Below the pieces are notes generated by a model. The model searched no databases. It was not told the origin of the DNA and saw only the letters and a program-made list of their open reading frames with translations. Shown one piece after another: positions 55,854 through 64,000 of a stretch of 64,000 bases of DNA (positions are counted from its first letter, which is position 1; every line of letters begins with the position of its first letter). A program made the position numbers and the translations under genes. The DNA comes from Bradymonadia bacterium (GTDB taxonomy: Bacteria > Myxococcota_A > Bradymonadia > UBA7976 > UBA1532), in the NCBI GenBank assembly GCA_046290225.1, contig JBKAGE010000078.1, positions 128,001-192,000 of the forward strand, written 5' to 3'.

Positions 55854-56954
55854 TCACTTCGCGCCAGCGGCGTCCAAGGCTGCGTTCATGGAGATCACCG
55901 CACGGGCGGTGGCCAGGAGGGGGTTCCCCTCCCAGTACTTGGGATCGTCGTTCTTCCAGGACCCGTCGGCCTTCTGCATCGACATGAGCTTGGTGATCAG
56001 ATCGTTGGCCCAGTTCCGGGGCCGGCCCTTGCCATCAGGGATGGTGGCTTCACCGTAGGCCTTCAGGGCGCTGGCAGCAGTCTGGTAGTAGTAGAAGAGG
56101 CTGGTCTGGCCCATGCCGGGGTGCTCGTCGAAGGTGTAGTTCTTCTTGATCCAGCCCCAGGCGGCGCCCACCCGAGGATCGCCCTTCTTCACATCGGTGA
56201 AGATCAGGCTCTTGAGGCCGGCGAAGGTCATGGCACCGTAGCTGGCGAGCTTGCCCTCCTTGCTCTTCGACGCGCCGGGCTCGTAAACGAACCCACCATC
56301 ATCACCGGCCCACCCCTGATCGTTGGACTCGGAGCGGTTCTGGCAACGGGAGATGAAGACCTCGGCCTTGCCCCACACGTCGCTCTTGGGGTCATAGTCG
56401 GTCTCTCGCAGAGCCTCGAGGGCGTACTGCAGATTGCTCAGATCAGGGCGCTCGTCGCCGCCGTAACCGATGCCTCCATAGTACTTGTCGGTGGGCTTGT
56501 ACTTCTGGTCCTCGTCAGTCTGGAACCGGGCGAGGAAGTCCTGGCCGCGCTTGATTTGGTCCTTGAACTTCACCTTGTCCACTGCGTGAAGGGCGATGAT
56601 GGCCAGGGCGGTGTTGTAGGTCGGGGTGGCGTCACCGCTGATGGCGCCGTCCGCCCGGGACTGGCTCACCAGCCAGTCTGCGGCGCGGCTGATGTAGGGG
56701 CCGTCGGCGTACCCATACTTGCGGTGGCTGCGGGCGAAGGCGGTGAGCACCATCGAGGTGAGGCCCACGTGGTTGCCATAGGACCCGGTCTTCTCGTCTT
56801 GCAGGCCCCGCAGAAAGCGCAGGCCCTTGTCGACGGACTTCTTGGCCTTGTCGGCCACAGCGGGGTCAACCCCCTGGCTCGACGCCACAGTGGGGGTCAC
56901 CAGGGTGAAAGCACCAAGGGCCAGAGCCCCCAAAGCGATACGCATAGACTTCAT
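55854..56954 (-). CDS. Exported prenyltransferase/squalene-oxidase-repeat (alpha/alpha barrel) protein
   Basis: Signal peptide; QW-like repeats QDEKTGSY, QSRADGAI, DGGFVY, QKADGSW; PDLSN; SYGAMTFAGLKS; YYY. Confidence 0.8.
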   Translation of the reverse strand: MKSMRIALGALALGAFTLVTPTVASSQGVDPAVADKAKKSVDKGLRFLRGLQDEKTGSYGNHVGLTSMVLTAFARSHRKYGYADGPYISRAADWLVSQSRADGAISGDATPTYNTALAIIALHAVDKVKFKDQIKRGQDFLARFQTDEDQKYKPTDKYYGGIGYGGDERPDLSNLQYALEALRETDYDPKSDVWGKAEVFISRCQNRSESNDQGWAGDDGGFVYEPGASKSKEGKLASYGAMTFAGLKSLIFTDVKKGDPRVGAAWGWIKKNYTFDEHPGMGQTSLFYYYQTAASALKAYGEATIPDGKGRPRNWANDLITKLMSMQKADGSWKNDDPKYWEGNPLLATARAVISMNAALDAAGAK

Positions 56955-57649
56955 GGCGCGCTCCTTTCGGGCTGGCCAGCAGCGCGGATCGACCAGATCA
57001 GCGCCACCACCGCCCATGCAATCAAGACAACCAGGCCCCACAACCAGGAGATGGGGTGAGCTTCCACCACTCCGCTGAGGGTCCCGGCATAGAACCAGGG
57101 ATCTTGCAATGTCGACAGGCCTGCGGCGTCGAGGGCCGAGCCCACAGGGTGCAGGCCCACGGTCAGCGATGACAACCAGGGCGAGGCTGAGGTGACACCG
57201 AACCACGGCGCCAGAATCACAGGCATCGAAGCCCACAGCATCGCCAGGGCCACCACCGGGGTCCACGCCCCACCTGCAGAGGCTGCTCGCCGATCGAGGG
57301 CATCGGCGACGATCACCCACAGCATGGCCCATGCGATGAGGCTCAGCGCTGGCGCAACCCGGCCTCCGGTACCCAACAGCGCACCCGTGATCACCACCGT
57401 GAGGGGTGGTACGAGCTCGAGGCAGACCAGCCTCGGGGTCCGGCGCGCCATCCGAAGGGCGGTTCGAATGCCCCAGTCCCGTCGCTTCTGGTCCTGGCCG
57501 ATGACCAGCCACGGCGCCAGCAGGGCGACACCCGCGAGAACCCATAGACGGGTGGCGAGCGGGTCCGGCAGCCACAGTGGCAGGCTGAGGGCACAGGCCA
57601 TGCCCACCAACCACCTCACCCAGCTCAGTCGCACCACCAGGCGCAGCAT
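56951..57649 (-). CDS. Multi-pass membrane protein
   Basis: GAGGAG RBS; 6-7 hydrophobic segments; ATGA overlap downstream. Confidence 0.6.
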   Translation of the reverse strand: MLRLVVRLSWVRWLVGMACALSLPLWLPDPLATRLWVLAGVALLAPWLVIGQDQKRRDWGIRTALRMARRTPRLVCLELVPPLTVVITGALLGTGGRVAPALSLIAWAMLWVIVADALDRRAASAGGAWTPVVALAMLWASMPVILAPWFGVTSASPWLSSLTVGLHPVGSALDAAGLSTLQDPWFYAGTLSGVVEAHPISWLWGLVVLIAWAVVALIWSIRAAGQPERSAP

Positions 57650-57887
57650 CGAAACTCCTCTGCCGGATACACTCTGCCGAGCACATGTCTGCACACCGCC
57701 CGGCGGCAGCCTGTCACGGCATGTTCAGTGATGCAACTTGAGCCACATCGGACTCAGCGTGCTCCTCGAAGACCACACGTCGGCCAACAGTGGAAAAAAC
57801 ATCAGATTTTCAGGAGCAGACGCCGTACGAGGCGATCCATGCACCCGTAACTTCACCTATGAGATGAAGCGCGCGGTGGGGGTGGGG

Positions 57888-58442
57888 CTACATCTTGTAC
57901 TTGGTCAGGGCCTCAGGCTCGGAGCTCACCAACCAGGCAGCGAGCCGGTCACGGGCATCGTCGTCATCGGCGAGGGCCATGGGAGCCACTGGCCCTTCTT
58001 CTTCGTCCTCCAAGATCTCGGCCCCGAGCGTCTGGGCCTCGGCGAAGACGTTCGCAGCCACGCGGATCGGTGCCTTGTTCCTCAGCGCCAGGGCCACACC
58101 GTCAGAGGGCCGGCAGTCGATGTGATGTTCAAAACCGTCGATGTCGGTGAGCACGAGGTTGGCGAAGAAAGTGCCCTGCTCCAGTGCGCAGATGTCTACG
58201 CGATCAAGATGGGCCTCCAGGGCGAGGAGCAGCGTCGTGGTGAGATCGTGGGTCATCGGACGGCGGGGCTCTGCCCCTTCAGCGGCGGCGGCGATGGCGC
58301 TGGCCTCCGACATGCCGATCCAGACTGGCAGGAGCACTTTGCGCTGCTCGTCTTCGAGCAGCAGAATGGGCGCCTTCGAGTTCTGCTCGATGGCGATGCC
58401 TCTCACTTCGACCTCGATATAACGGTCATCGGCGTTGGACAT
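57888..58442 (-). CDS. Bifunctional nuclease family protein (DUF151/BFN)
   Basis: LPVWIG..EA.AI, RPMTHDL, GTFFA, DCRPSDGVALALR. Confidence 0.92.
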   Translation of the reverse strand: MSNADDRYIEVEVRGIAIEQNSKAPILLLEDEQRKVLLPVWIGMSEASAIAAAAEGAEPRRPMTHDLTTTLLLALEAHLDRVDICALEQGTFFANLVLTDIDGFEHHIDCRPSDGVALALRNKAPIRVAANVFAEAQTLGAEILEDEEEGPVAPMALADDDDARDRLAAWLVSSEPEALTKYKM

Positions 58443-58518
58443 GACGTGCTCCTTGGGCGAACGCAGCCTGGGACGCCCAGACGCGTAATCTCAACCTAGT
58501 GAGCCCGCGAGCGCGCGG

Positions 58519-59838
58519 TCAAGCTTGGCGCCGGCGCCGGTGGAGGACCGCCACCGTCTCCACGTGCCCAGTGTGGGGAAACAGATCGAACGCCTGTACG
58601 TGCGCGAGGTGCCAGTGTGCCTTCATCTCCCCTACATCACGGGCGAGGGTCGCCGGATCACAGGCGACGTAGATCACCCGCTCCGCCCCGGTGGTGTGCA
58701 GCGCAGAGGCGAACGTTCGAGCACCCGCACGCGGTGGGTCGAGGATCACCACAGGTGCTTCATTCAGCGCCTGGGCGAGGGCTGGCGAGAGCCTGCCCAG
58801 ATCCGCCGGACCCTGATCGGCGTTGCCCAGGTGGAGCACGCTGGCGGCCAGCTCATCTCGGGCCTCGAGCGTGGCTCGGAGTGCTTGAGCGGCAGCCCCG
58901 TCATGCTCCACGGCATGCACCTGATAGCCTGCCTGAGCGAGGGGCACGGTGAAATTGCCGCTCCCAGCGAACAGCTCCACCACAGAGGCACCAGGTTCAG
59001 CTGCAGCCCCGACATGCGCCATCACGTGGGTGACGAGGGCATCATTCCCAGGTCGGTGAGCTTGTACAAAAGCCCCCGCAGGATGAGGGATGCCGAGGGT
59101 ACCGAGTAAATTCTCAGGTCGCCCGGTCTCATGAATCACGCGTCCGCGGCGGCCAAGGATGACACCGCCGTGGCATCGGGTGCTCCGGGCAACGAGCTGA
59201 TCGAGCGCGGTCGACAAATCACGAGGCGCCCCCTCCCCAGGTTGGATCGCCACCGTGCCCGAAACCTCTCCAGGCGCAACCGTGAGGCGGATGACCCCCC
59301 TACCCTTCAACTGGCGGGACAACAGCGTCGCCACATCAGATCTCAGCGCGTCGACCTCTGGGGTGAGGACCGGACAGGACGCCACGGGCACGACGGCGTT
59401 GCTCCCTGATTGGAAGAAACCCACACGCCCGTCGTGCCATTGCAGACGCGCGGTCGACCTCCAGCCACGATCGGTCTCGTGGCTCCAAATCGGGGCGATC
59501 TGCGCCGAGGGCTCGGCTCTGTGCGCCCACCGCACGGTGTGGGCCTGAAGCGCGGCGTGCTGCAACTGACCTGTAGTGGTTTGCCAGGGGCACCCCCCAC
59601 ACTGCTCGGCGTGGGCACAGAAAGCGTCCACCCGGCCCGGCCCGCTGGAGATGATCTGGTCAACCCGACCCTCAGCGAACTGCTTCTTGATCCGCGTCAG
59701 GGTCACGCGGACTTCGTCACCAGGGGCACCGCCGCGCACGAAGATGATCCGACCGTCGGCAGCCCTGGCCACCATGCGACCCCCGAAAGCTGGACGCTCG
59801 ATCACCAGGGTGACCTGCTGGCCACAGGCGAGCGTCAT
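58519..59838 (-). CDS. rlmD: 23S rRNA m5U methyltransferase (RlmD/TrmA family)
   Basis: TRAM domain; CAHAEQCGGC and CPV (Fe-S); FVQAH, ELFAGSGNF, LDPPRAG, YVACDPATLARD, FPHTGHVE. Confidence 0.88.
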   Translation of the reverse strand: MTLACGQQVTLVIERPAFGGRMVARAADGRIIFVRGGAPGDEVRVTLTRIKKQFAEGRVDQIISSGPGRVDAFCAHAEQCGGCPWQTTTGQLQHAALQAHTVRWAHRAEPSAQIAPIWSHETDRGWRSTARLQWHDGRVGFFQSGSNAVVPVASCPVLTPEVDALRSDVATLLSRQLKGRGVIRLTVAPGEVSGTVAIQPGEGAPRDLSTALDQLVARSTRCHGGVILGRRGRVIHETGRPENLLGTLGIPHPAGAFVQAHRPGNDALVTHVMAHVGAAAEPGASVVELFAGSGNFTVPLAQAGYQVHAVEHDGAAAQALRATLEARDELAASVLHLGNADQGPADLGRLSPALAQALNEAPVVILDPPRAGARTFASALHTTGAERVIYVACDPATLARDVGEMKAHWHLAHVQAFDLFPHTGHVETVAVLHRRRRQA

Positions 59839-60410
59839 CGTCGGGAGAAGGGTTGATGTGGTGAGCCCAACGCGTACTCGAAATCGAAGCGCACGGTGAG
59901 CTGGCCGAGGGCCTCTCCAGATCGGCCATCGGAGACCTGCAATGGGGAGATGCTGCCTTGCACCCGGTCGCCAGATCCCGTGCCGAAGCTCTGAAGCGCA
60001 AGGGTGCCACTGAACGCCAGGCTATGACGACCACCAGGGCAGGTATCGCCGAGGTGCAACCCCACCCGCACGTTCTCTTCCATGCCGATGGCGTTGTCAC
60101 CGATGACGAGGGCGTCAGTGTCTCTGATCTGAATGAACAGGCCATCTACATCAGGTGGGTAGTAGGACCCTTTCTGAATTCGAATGAAGGCCTGATCTCC
60201 GGTGACATCCATGGTGAAGAAGTCGGGATCGAGATCGAAGGCGCGACAATCCGAGACGCCTTCGGCGCACGTGAGGGCACGGGTCTCGCCATCTTCGCAC
60301 TCGGGGATGGTGAGAGAGCCGAAGACATCGCCACTCGAGTTGTTGTCGCACCCCGAGGCAAGCACCATCACCATCAAGATGCCTGGTGACCAGAGTTTGC
60401 TGAGACTCAT
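59835..60410 (-). CDS. Hypothetical lipoprotein
   Basis: Lipobox LASGC; ATGA overlaps on both sides. Confidence 0.65.
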   Translation of the reverse strand: MSLSKLWSPGILMVMVLASGCDNNSSGDVFGSLTIPECEDGETRALTCAEGVSDCRAFDLDPDFFTMDVTGDQAFIRIQKGSYYPPDVDGLFIQIRDTDALVIGDNAIGMEENVRVGLHLGDTCPGGRHSLAFSGTLALQSFGTGSGDRVQGSISPLQVSDGRSGEALGQLTVRFDFEYALGSPHQPFSRR

Positions 60411-60679
60411 GTGATCTTCCTCACGTGCACAGGCTCGCCCACTTCGAGGGCAAATTGTCGAGTTGCTGACCGCTCGCGCACCGCGCACTCTACGGTGCCT
60501 TCACTGCCGATGAGCGTGATCGGCGCGCCGATGTCTACCTCACTGTACGAGACAGCGGGGCCCTCCAACTCAGCGAGATCGACCAGGTGCGCCTCTGGCG
60601 CGGCGCTGAGCACACGGCCGCGCATTGCGTCCACAAAGCCATCGACGTCGCCGAAGTCGGTGAGGAGGGTGACGATCAT
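60407..60679 (-). pseudogene. Internally deleted DUF62 (SAM hydroxide adenosyltransferase/halogenase-like) gene, in frame, 90 aa
   Basis: N-terminal IVTLLTDFG..DGFV.AM is joined directly to C-terminal SY.EV..G....LIGSEG.VE.AVRE.SA; the central part is missing. Confidence 0.7.
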
Positions 60680-60763
60680 GGGCGGCAGGGTAACGAACAC
60701 CCTGCGTGGGCACCAGAGTTTGGGCGTGTCAGCGCAAATGTCGAGCAGGTGGCCGTGTAGAGC

Positions 60764-61393
60764 TCACTTGAGCACGTTGACGTGCACCTGCACTTTGAGG
60801 AGCAGCTTCAGCGCCAGGGCGTTCTTGGGCACAGGCTGGAAGGCTTCGAGGGTGAGTGCAGTGTCTACGCCGACTGAGAACGCCAGCTCAGAGAGTTGCG
60901 CGGAGGCGGATCCTGGCGCGCCAAGGTCATATTCGATCTCCCGAAGGGCGATGGCGGTCTCTGCGGGGATCCCCACAGTGCGCCCCAATCGCATGCCCTC
61001 GGCGACGTCGGCCATGGTGGGCGGGCCGAAGTACAGGTCGATGGGATCTACGTCTGCGGGGGTCTGGTTCGGGGCCCGTACTTCGTATTCCACGGAGACG
61101 AGTTCTACCCCTTCGAGCTTCTTTCGATGCTTCTTGAGCAGCTTGGCATCGTCTTCTCGGCCTGTCTCTTCAAGGTGGGCGATGACGTCCACTGGGAGCG
61201 AAACGGCGAGCCCGTGAGAGACGGACTCGGGCAGTCCCGGGAGATCCTGAGGTGGCAGCCGCACGGTGACGGGGATCTCGGTCTCTACGGTGACCCGCGG
61301 GACCTCGTCCAAGCCGAACACTTCTGAGAGGTTGCCACAGGCGGTGGAAGAAAAGAGCAGCGCAGCAGCGGCGAGGATACGCACGATGGGCAT
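60764..61393 (-). CDS. Hypothetical lipoprotein
   Basis: Lipobox STAC; beta-rich sequence. Confidence 0.65.
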   Translation of the reverse strand: MPIVRILAAAALLFSSTACGNLSEVFGLDEVPRVTVETEIPVTVRLPPQDLPGLPESVSHGLAVSLPVDVIAHLEETGREDDAKLLKKHRKKLEGVELVSVEYEVRAPNQTPADVDPIDLYFGPPTMADVAEGMRLGRTVGIPAETAIALREIEYDLGAPGSASAQLSELAFSVGVDTALTLEAFQPVPKNALALKLLLKVQVHVNVLK

Positions 61394-61461
61394 GACAGGC
61401 TCCGATCAGAGGTTTTACCTCTAGAACGTCAGCCCACAGCACAGATGGAGGGGGCGGGTCA

Positions 61462-62277
61462 TCACAGCACCTCGGCGCACCCACCCCGACCACAGCCACC
61501 GACGAAGGCCCGCTCACCGGGCACCACCACCCGCTTGCACTTGCGGCATGGGTGCCCTTCTGCGCGGGTATGCTCCAGGCCACTCGTCCGATCGCGCTCC
61601 AGCTCTTCGGAGAGGGCCTTCTGACCCGCACCGAGGGCCTCCAAGGACCGAACAGCGGGGCCGATCTGAGCGATCATTTCGTCTTGTGTGAGCTGCCCTG
61701 GGCCAGATGCCCTGATCTCCACCACACCGAGGGCCAGGCGGCACTCCCAGGGGGTGGGCCAGAGATCGCTCAGGCGCCTCAGGGCCCAGCGCACCCTCGA
61801 CTCATGGGTCCACCAACGCCAGAGGGCGTCGTCGTCTGTCTCCATCGACAGCACTGCAATGGCAGAGTCCTTGATGGACCAGACCACCTCCGACATGCCC
61901 TTCACCCAGCCCTCCAGCGGCGGCTGTGGGGGACAGCACAGCCGCCCGGCCACGGGCACGGCCTCAGGGCCGACCAGTCTCAAGGTCACGGACCACCCAC
62001 GGCGATCGAGGGACCACGAAGCTGTGATCTCTCCATAGTCGGAATGCACTCTGATCTCGGGACGGCCAGCGCCGCTCCAGTGCACCTTGAGCTCACCACC
62101 CAGAGCCTTCGCCGCAGAGCTCCACGCCGCCCCCGGCGACCGTTCACGGGTCAACTGCCTCTCTACCAGGGCCACGAGGGCAGGCAGCGCGAGGCACAGA
62201 CCCGCTATGGCCCACCAGAGCAGGTCGCCCTCTCGAGGCCCGAGGGCGGCCCACAGAGTTGTCACGTTCACCCCCAT
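61462..62277 (-). CDS. Membrane-anchored hypothetical protein with C-terminal Cys cluster
   Basis: AGGAG RBS; N-terminal TM; CRKC...GC.RGGC tail. Confidence 0.55.
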   Translation of the reverse strand: MGVNVTTLWAALGPREGDLLWWAIAGLCLALPALVALVERQLTRERSPGAAWSSAAKALGGELKVHWSGAGRPEIRVHSDYGEITASWSLDRRGWSVTLRLVGPEAVPVAGRLCCPPQPPLEGWVKGMSEVVWSIKDSAIAVLSMETDDDALWRWWTHESRVRWALRRLSDLWPTPWECRLALGVVEIRASGPGQLTQDEMIAQIGPAVRSLEALGAGQKALSEELERDRTSGLEHTRAEGHPCRKCKRVVVPGERAFVGGCGRGGCAEVL

Positions 62278-62293
62278 CTCCTATCTTCGAGCG

Positions 62294-64000
62294 ATGTCCA
62301 GAGGCAATCCACCCCCACCCTTCTCTCTGGGCCTCGCCCGGGCCCTCAACGGGTCGGACGTGGTCCCTGATCTCTTCGGCCGTGTAGATGAGCTCGGGCG
62401 ACTGAGAGGGCTGCTCGAGGAAACTCGGCAGACCCAATCGGGCCGCTCCGCGCTGGTCACCGGCATCCCAGGCATCGGCAAGAGCCGCCTGCTCACTGAA
62501 TTCAAGCGTGAGCTGACCGCCCGGAGCGAGGTGGTCTTCGAGGCCCGCTGCCAGCCTGCAGATGGCCGCCCATATGGTGCGCTCACTGATCTTCTGGGTC
62601 GTGGCGCTCAGCTGCTCGCCGATCTGGGCGCTCCCGGACACCACATCGATCACGCCCTGGCTCTCATCGCCGGCCAGCCGGGCCCTGTGGCGCATGACCC
62701 GGAAGCTGATCCCGTGGACCAGCGACTTCGCTTTCCGGAAACCCTCCGCAGAGCCTTCATCGAGCTCGCCGCCGTACGTCCTGTTGTCTGCCTCGTGCAC
62801 GACGTGCATCACGCCGATCCGGCCACCCTCCGCGTGCTCCACTACCTCGTAGAGAACCTGCTGGCCGATCCGGCTTTTGCCTGGATCACCGAGGGGCTCG
62901 CCGCCGATCAAGCGCCGGCACCTGAGCAATTTCAGGGCTTGCTGGTGATGTCTTTCGAAGAAGGGCCCACGACACGACCACTCATCGAGTTGTCCCAGGC
63001 GAGCAGCGCCGTGGCCCACCTCGCTCTCGAAGGGCTCGACGAAGCGGGGATCAGAGCATTCCTGCAGTCGGATCTGGTGGTGAAGCGGGTCATGCAGGCC
63101 ACTGAGGGGGTCCCGCTGGCTTTAAGCCACCTTCTGGCCTCGATTCCTCGACAACCCATCGACTTCTGGGCCCAGCGCCTGAAACAGGCAGCTCAAGCCG
63201 CAGGGCCGGTCCTCGACGTCCTGGCGGCCTTCAACCGGCCTGTGGCTTTCGAACAGCTGAGGGTTCTGCTGGCGTCACCGGAGATGGCCGCAGCTCAACT
63301 GCCTCTACTGGTGGAGAGTGGCCTGGTAAAGCGCACGCTCGATCGAGGAGAGGCGCTGTTCACCTTCGTCCGCAGCGACGCCCGGCTGACACACTACCGG
63401 GCCATGTCCGCCGATCGCCGACGCCTCGTACACGTGCACATCGCCGAGCATCTCTCCGGCGGCGCTGGCCTCGGAGTCCCTGCAGAAGAGGTCGCCCAGC
63501 ACTTCATCGCCGCTGAGGTCCCAGAGCGAGCGCTCACCTATGCCCTCATGGCCGCCGACCGCCTCGAGGCAGGGCAGTCCTATGCCCGGGCCGCCCGGCT
63601 TCTGGAGCAGGTGGTCGACGCGGCGAGCGGGGCAGATCGACTCACGGTGCTGGATCGACTCTCGGCCTTGTACGTGCTCACGGGGCTCTACGACGCAGGC
63701 ATCGAGACCACCATGGCCACCACGGCCGTCGATCCCGATGCGCTGCGCGATCCTGCACGGGCACTGCACCTCACCCGTTTGTACTTGCTCGCTGGTAAAC
63801 CGCGCCTCGCAGCACAGGTGGTCGATGAAGCCATCAGCACGGGAGTGAGCGTTCCCACGGCCCGGCGGGCGCTCTGGTCTCTCGCAGGAGAAGCGCAATA
63901 TCTGCTCGGCGCCGGTGACGAGGCCCTTGCCCGATGCGAGAACTTCGACACCTCGTCGGTCGACCGCCACGCCCTCTCGATCCGCAACACCCAGGGCAAG
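62294..64000 (+). CDS. STAND/AAA_16 ATPase with TPR region, 3'-partial (absent from the ORF track because there is no stop)
   Basis: Hand translation: LFGRVDELGRL, VTGIPGIGKSRL (Walker A), ARC....RPY, VHDVHHAD..TL (Walker B), TEGVPL, helical repeats; appears open to the window end. Confidence 0.85.
   Translation, partial: MSRGNPPPPFSLGLARALNGSDVVPDLFGRVDELGRLRGLLEETRQTQSGRSALVTGIPGIGKSRLLTEFKRELTARSEVVFEARCQPADGRPYGALTDLLGRGAQLLADLGAPGHHIDHALALIAGQPGPVAHDPEADPVDQRLRFPETLRRAFIELAAVRPVVCLVHDVHHADPATLRVLHYLVENLLADPAFAWITEGLAADQAPAPEQFQGLLVMSFEEGPTTRPLIELSQASSAVAHLALEGLDEAGIRAFLQSDLVVKRVMQATEGVPLALSHLLASIPRQPIDFWAQRLKQAAQAAGPVLDVLAAFNRPVAFEQLRVLLASPEMAAAQLPLLVESGLVKRTLDRGEALFTFVRSDARLTHYRAMSADRRRLVHVHIAEHLSGGAGLGVPAEEVAQHFIAAEVPERALTYALMAADRLEAGQSYARAARLLEQVVDAASGADRLTVLDRLSALYVLTGLYDAGIETTMATTAVDPDALRDPARALHLTRLYLLAGKPRLAAQVVDEAISTGVSVPTARRALWSLAGEAQYLLGAGDEALARCENFDTSSVDRHALSIRNTQGK

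Noticed and set aside
55854..57686. 610-aa version of the prenyltransferase-repeat ORF (and similar long N-terminal extensions of gcvH, moxR, queD and the 33878 ORF)
   Set aside because: The extensions overlap real upstream genes; RBS, signal peptides and stop/start overlaps support the shorter starts.
57732..57745. Sigma-54 promoter for the MoxR operon (TGGCTCAAGTTGCA on minus)
   Set aside because: GG-to-GC spacing is 8, not the required 10.

Overview
High-GC (roughly two-thirds G+C by eye) bacterial chromosome segment. Its content (Cys/Asp-repeat lipoproteins, two Hanks Ser/Thr kinases, a myxobacterial-style TonB protein, a sigma-54 promoter, a STAND ATPase) points to a Myxococcota/deltaproteobacterial lineage; this is inference. 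There are about 53 CDS, partial at both ends. Housekeeping genes: rnhC, speA, glyA, folD-gcvT-gcvH, dapD, sppA, an RlmD-type methyltransferase, a KamA-family radical SAM and a YafJ-type amidotransferase. I saw no tRNA, rRNA, CRISPR array, transposase or prophage. Most interesting observations: (1) a translationally coupled 9-gene envelope operon (57649->46474) with MoxR, DUF58, a fused BatA/double-VWA protein, an exported prenyltransferase/squalene-cyclase-repeat protein without DxDD, and an ABC ATPase lacking both its catalytic Glu and its switch His; (2) a QueD homologue that has lost all three Zn-binding histidines but kept the rest; (3) a radical SAM with a C-x21-CxxC motif and C-terminal CxxC, behind a palindrome-rich AT-rich leader and upstream of HTH-PilZ and folD-gcvT-gcvH; (4) an AraM/EgsA-type glycerol-1-phosphate dehydrogenase divergent from an acyltransferase-SDR pair; (5) a 90-aa in-frame internally deleted DUF62 gene; (6) a kinase with a ~295-aa TolA-like helical spacer. 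All assignments come from motif recognition by eye; no database search was run.
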